DNA of 32,000 bases. Source: Mycoplasmoides genitalium G37 (GTDB lineage Bacteria; Bacillota_I; Bacilli_A; Mycoplasmatales; Mycoplasmoidaceae). The stretch lies in NCBI RefSeq assembly GCF_000027325.1, contig NC_000908.2, forward strand, positions 360,001 to 392,000, given 5' to 3'. Positions within the stretch are counted from its first letter, which is position 1; the number at the start of each line of letters is the position of its first letter. Position numbers and translations under genes: made by a program. Shown here piece by piece: positions 27,916 to 32,000 of the stretch. Below the pieces are notes generated by a model. The model was not told the origin of the DNA. It made no database searches and worked only from the letters and a program-made list of their open reading frames with translations.

Positions 27916-30900
27916 TTAATAATCAAGGCTAAAATCACCACTGCTTTCAAATAAGTCTTCATCTAATAATGAACTGAAATTGGAAGTACGATCAGGAACT
28001 AGTGTTTCTATATCCAAATCATTAACACTAAAAGCACTCATTGAATCCATTACTTTGGCATCAATGTCAACAAAATCATTGTTAAAACCTTCAAATTCAA
28101 AATCGATGTTACGATCCATGTTTTCATAGATAAAATCATCTAACTGTTCATTGGAGATGTTATCAAAAGTGTTGGAAAAATCTATTAAATCATCCATTAA
28201 CTGATTAGGTTCTACTAACCCATTATCTGTTACACTATCAAAATTGCTTAAAAGTAAAGGATCTTTTTCTTTCTTTGCAAAGCGGAGCGTATTATCAAGC
28301 TTATTAATGTTGTTCATAATAGTTTCACAACAAGAGTTATAAACAGTTTTAAGTTGTTTTAAACTACCTTGAATGCTTTCTATCTTCTTTTCATTTTCAG
28401 TGATAGCACGTTGAACATGACGCATAATTTCTCCAGATTTTTGCAGTTGTTCATAACTATTACTTGGTTTGTAAGCAATAGCAAAATCACTAGCTAATGA
28501 TCTGATCATTTCTTCTTTTTGAAGTGTTGTTAGATTCTTAGCGTTATTAAATTGAACGTTAAGGTTCTCATTTTGATCAATTAAACGGGAAAGTTCACTT
28601 TGTAATTCCTTTTTAATTATTAAGTAACGTTCACTAATTTGGTTCTTATAGTTGGTAACAAAATCATTGAGATGGATAAATGATTGTTTAACAGACATCT
28701 GATAATCATTCATTTGAAAGATTGCATCAAAGTTAATTGTAGGGTTTAATTCACCACGTTTCAATTCACTAATAATCTTGTAAAGATCTGATTTTTTATT
28801 GAAATTATCAAGTTCACTTTTATCTTCAACCGATTGCTTATTTTGAGTAATTGAGTGTTCTTCAACAGGTTCTTTTGCTTTGACAAAAACTTCAATTTTA
28901 GGTTGTTGGTCTTCGCTATTAACAGTATTGATAGTTAGTTGATCATCTTTTTTATCGAGTCTTACTGATTCACTAGTAACAATTGATTGATTATTTAAGC
29001 TATTAATTTGTTGCAATTGGACAGATAATGTTTTTGCAAGTGTTTTGGAATCTTCAGTTATGGAATTAATGGTAATTTGTTCTTGCTGACTTTCTTTATT
29101 ATCTAAAGCTAAAGTTTCAACTGGTTTATATTCAATACGGTTGGATACAAAACTAATAGGTAAAGTTGTAGGGATTTGGGGTGAACTTTTTTTGGTAGTG
29201 ATAGTTATCTTATTATCAGACTGAATATCAAATTTCTGTAAATTATTAGTGTAGTTACTAGTTTCAACTACATCTTGTTTATTGAAACTACTTTCTAAAA
29301 CTGGCTCCTTAGTTATTTCAGGTTTGAATTGATCGTTAACTTCGCTATTTACTTGATCAAACTGCTCAACTGTTGGTTGAGTTTCAAATGAAGAAGAAAA
29401 AGTTGTTTGGTCTTGTTGATCTGTATCAATTGGTAATTGGTAACTATCAACTACTTGGGCTTGTTTACTTTCAAAATCAGTAGTTACTTCTTTTTCAGCA
29501 GTTGGTTGTATTTCCTCATTATTATCAAGATTAGCTTGAACTTGATCAAATCCAACTTGATAATTATTTTGTTCTTCAGCAACTGGTTTGAGCTCTTCAT
29601 GGTGATCAAAGTTGTACTGAACATGATCATCTAAAGAAGGTTGGTCAAGGGTTGGTTGAGGTAAATCACTGTCAAAGCTGTAGCTATCAGTTGTTGATTC
29701 AGGTTGTTTTGCAAAATGATCATCTGAAGAAGGCTGGTCAACAACTGATTCAGGTTGTTTTACTTCTGGTGGTAGGTCGTTATCAAAACCATAGTTTTCA
29801 TCAGTTGGTTGTTTTGCAAAATAATCATCTGAAGAAGGCTGGTCAAGAGTTGGTTTTAGCTCTTCATTTTGATAAATGTCGTATTGAACTTGATCAACTG
29901 GTTCAGATTGACTTTCAAAGTGTGCATCAGGTGCAGTTTCACTATTAAACTTAACAGGTTCAGACTCTAACGAATTATTGCTGTTTGATTGAGATAAATC
30001 ACTCCCAAATTTATAGTCATGAATTGGTTCAGATTTACTTTCATAATGCACATCATCAGATGCAGTTTCACTATTACTATTAAGTTGAATGAATTCAGAA
30101 TTTAATGAATCATTGTTAGTTGCATCTTTGTTGTTTTCAGAGTAAAGATTAGATTCAGAATTTAAGTCACTAGTTTCAACTACATCTTGTTTATTGAAAC
30201 TACTTTCTAAAACTGGCTCCTTAGTTATTTCAGGTTTGAATTGATCGTTAACTTCGCTATTTACTTGATCAAACTGCTCAACTGTTGGTTGAGTTTCAAA
30301 TGAAGAAGAAAAAGTTGTTTGGTCTTGTTGATCTGTATCAATTGGTAATTGGTAACTATCAACTACTTGGGCTTGTTTACTTTCAAAATCAGTAGTTACT
30401 TTTTTTTCAGCAGTTGGTTGTATTTCCTCATTATTATCAAGATTAGCTTGAACTTGATCAAATCCAACTTGATAATTATTTTGTTCTTCAGCAACTGGTT
30501 TGAGCTCTTCATGGTGATCAAAGTTGTACTGAACATGATCATCTAAAGAAGGTTGGTCAAGGGTTGGTTGAGGTAAATCACTGTCAAAGCTGTAGCTATC
30601 AGTTGTTGATTCAGGTTGTTTTGCAAAATGATCATCTGAAGAAGGTTGGTCAACAACTGATTCAGGTTGTTTTACTTCTGGTGGTAGGTCGTTATCAAAA
30701 CCATAGTTTTCATCAGTTGGTTGTTTTGCAAAATAATCATCTGAAGAAGGCTGGTCAACAACTGATTCAGGTTGTTTTACTTCTGGTGGTAGGTCGTTAT
30801 CAAAACCATAGTTATCTTCAACTGATTCAGGTTGTTTTACTTCTGGTGGTAAATCGTTATCAAAACCATAGTTATCTTCAACTGATTCAGGTTGTTTTAC

Positions 30901-31335
30901 TTCTGGTGGTAAATCACTGTCAAAACCATAGTTTTCATCAGTTGGTTGAGATTCTTTAGTGGAGATCCACTGGTCATTTTCAAAGTAACCAGATCAAACC
31001 CACTCACCATTTTCATCATAAGAACCATAGTCAGGGTTACCAACATACTTTAAATAATCATTCTCTTCTTGCTTTTCATCAAAAACAAACGGATTCCCAT
31101 TTTCATCAAAGAGTTGGGAGATATCATATTCAGTATCTCCATAAGGATCATAGTAAACCCCTGTTTCTTTGTTAAAAGCTATATAATAGCCATTACCATC
31201 AGCATCATATGCTACCTTAATATTAGGGTCTTCTTCAACAGTGGATTTACCATCATAAAGATCACCAAAAATGTTTTCAGGTTCGGTTTGGGTATAGTTT
31301 TTTTCTTCAAAAACCGATTGCTTGTTTTTAGCCAT
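27916..31335 (-). CDS. hmw1: Terminal-organelle / cytadherence accessory protein HMW1 (MG312-like, 1139 aa)
   Basis: Track ORFs 27916..30051 and 30994..31338 are in one frame. I translated 30052..30993 and found no stop other than TGA 30994-30996. The track M at 31338 is a TTG, and ATG is 31333-31335 ([12 protein letters not shown]...). The N-terminus is aromatic/Gly-rich (EAGR-like: ...[25 protein letters not shown]). A long acidic Pro/Gln-rich repeat region follows ([32 protein letters not shown]), then a C-terminal coiled-coil-like half. TAA 27916-27918. Confidence 0.93.
29257..29846. repeat. 590-bp direct repeat, copy B (inside hmw1)
   Basis: Base-by-base comparison with 30169..30758 at an offset of 912 nt shows only two differences: 29490 c vs 30402 t, and 29734 c vs 30646 t. 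Confidence 0.95.
30169..30758. repeat. 590-bp direct repeat, copy A (inside hmw1)
   Basis: Partner of 29257..29846. It explains the identical 65-aa plus-strand track ORFs at 29437..29634 and 30349..30546. Confidence 0.95.
30761..30940. repeat. Three tandem 60-nt units (20-aa repeat [20 protein letters not shown]) inside hmw1
   Basis: The unit actgattcaggttgttttacttctggtggta(g/a)(g/a)tc(g/a)(t/c)t(a/g)tcaaaaccatagtt... begins at 30761, 30821 and 30881. Further copies of the 53-nt core start at 30656 and, via the large duplication, at 29744. Confidence 0.9.
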
Positions 31336-31371
31336 CAAGAAAAGTTATTTATGCCAGTTTAGTCAAGCTTG

Positions 31372-31377
31372 ATTATA
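31372..31377 (-). promoter_or_regulatory. Candidate -10 box (TATAAT) upstream of hmw1
   Basis: Plus-strand attata is TATAAT on the minus strand, 36 nt upstream of ATG 31335, in the 59-nt gap after the upstream gene's TAG. Confidence 0.35.
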
Positions 31378-31394
31378 AAACTTATCGCTTCGCT

Positions 31395-32000
31395 CTAACT
31401 CTTCCATGAAAGCGTAAATAGTAATAAATAATTTTTTAAATTATTTTCCACAATCCCTATTAAAGGGTAAAACAAAGCTACATAGATAGGTAATAATAAC
31501 GCTTGCACCAATACTCTTGGTAAAAGAAAGAAATAAACCCCATACAAAACAAAGTTATTACTTGGTCTGCCATTATTAATAAAAGTAATAAACTCAATGG
31601 CAGCAATTGTCCCCAAAAGGATAGAAACAACTACTGACATTAAAACCATTAGAACCAAGCTATAAATAGTTAAAAGTGCTTGTTCTTTATTTCTCTTTTT
31701 TACATAAACAAACCCTAAAAATCCTTCTGTTACTAAAAAGAAAATAACAAAGCTAACTAAAGTTATGATTTGTAAAACAACAACATTAACACTAAGATCA
31801 GCAGTTTGAAAATTTTTTGTTCCAATTTGCTGAAACTCATTATTAGTTAGATAAAGTAAAAGCAGTGTTACACTAACAACAAAAAAAGTTACTAATAGTG
31901 TTTGTAACACCCAAAAATCAACCTTGTAATTACTGGCATTTTTTCTAACTAGATAAATCCCTTTAACTATGCCAGCAAGAAAAGCAAAGAGTGGCTTTTG
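31395..32000 (-). CDS. Polytopic membrane protein (MG313-like), C-terminal part; the 5' end lies beyond the window
   Basis: Track ORF 31395..31910 starts at a GTG, but the frame stays open to coordinate 32000 (QKPLFAFLAGIVKGIYLVRKNASNYKVDFWVLQTLL...). Several long hydrophobic segments are present. TAG at 31395-31397. Confidence 0.85.
   Translation of the reverse strand, partial: QKPLFAFLAGIVKGIYLVRKNASNYKVDFWVLQTLLVTFFVVSVTLLLLYLTNNEFQQIGTKNFQTADLSVNVVVLQIITLVSFVIFFLVTEGFLGFVYVKKRNKEQALLTIYSLVLMVLMSVVVSILLGTIAAIEFITFINNGRPSNNFVLYGVYFFLLPRVLVQALLLPIYVALFYPLIGIVENNLKNYLLLFTLSWKS

Noticed and set aside
29257-30758. Long direct repeats as possible ends of a mobile element or an MgPa-type recombination repeat.
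   Set aside because: There is no transposase or integrase ORF, no terminal inverted repeats, and no target-site duplication. Both copies and the intervening 322 nt form one continuous reading frame of hmw1.
30656-30940. Regularly spaced 60-nt repeats that could suggest a CRISPR-like array.
   Set aside because: The units abut each other with no unique spacers. They are in frame within hmw1 and encode a 20-aa protein repeat, and no cas genes are present.
29437-30959. Two identical 65-aa plus-strand ORFs (29437..29634 and 30349..30546), each followed by a similar longer ORF, which look like a duplicated small-gene pair.
   Set aside because: They are antisense shadows of the 590-bp in-frame duplication inside hmw1. 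Their identity follows from the DNA repeat, and the sense-strand reading is continuous and motif-bearing.

Overview
The window is only interpretable with UGA read as Trp (translation table 4). Read that way, the fragmented six-frame track collapses into 22 tightly packed genes, 21 on the minus strand and one on the plus strand. This is AT-rich Mollicutes chromosome. Gene order and product lengths match my memory of the Mycoplasma genitalium G37 MG292-MG313 segment, which a BLAST search should confirm. Order by coordinate: alaS (5' part), glpQ, an MFS-type permease, mnmA, a 129-aa orphan, ftsY, smc, pta, pgk, gap, ecfT, ecfA2, ecfA1, dnaK, a polytopic membrane protein, a 1177-aa lipoprotein, a DEAD-box helicase, a 1225-aa paralogous lipoprotein, an alpha/beta hydrolase (the only + strand gene), rpsD, the terminal-organelle protein HMW1 (MG312-like, 1139 aa), and the 3' part of another membrane protein. 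I found no rRNA, tRNA, CRISPR array, IS element, prophage, toxin-antitoxin pair or recognisable defence system. Non-coding DNA is limited to a few gaps of about 200 nt or less. Supported regulatory signals are a near-consensus CIRCE operator upstream of dnaK and one strong intrinsic terminator downstream of dnaK. A few TATAAT boxes and weak hairpins are lower-confidence calls. Five things are worth a second look. (1) A translationally coupled module of lipoprotein, helicase, lipoprotein and membrane protein has no assigned function. (2) An AGT/AAT short tandem repeat lies inside the larger lipoprotein gene. (3) A 590-bp direct repeat (2 mismatches) inside hmw1 is spaced exactly 912 nt (304 codons) apart, with nested 60-nt tandem units. 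(4) One repeat copy carries an A8 run that the other lacks. (5) Several starts are non-ATG or overlap the preceding gene. I see no clearly new system, and most of the region is conserved housekeeping sequence.
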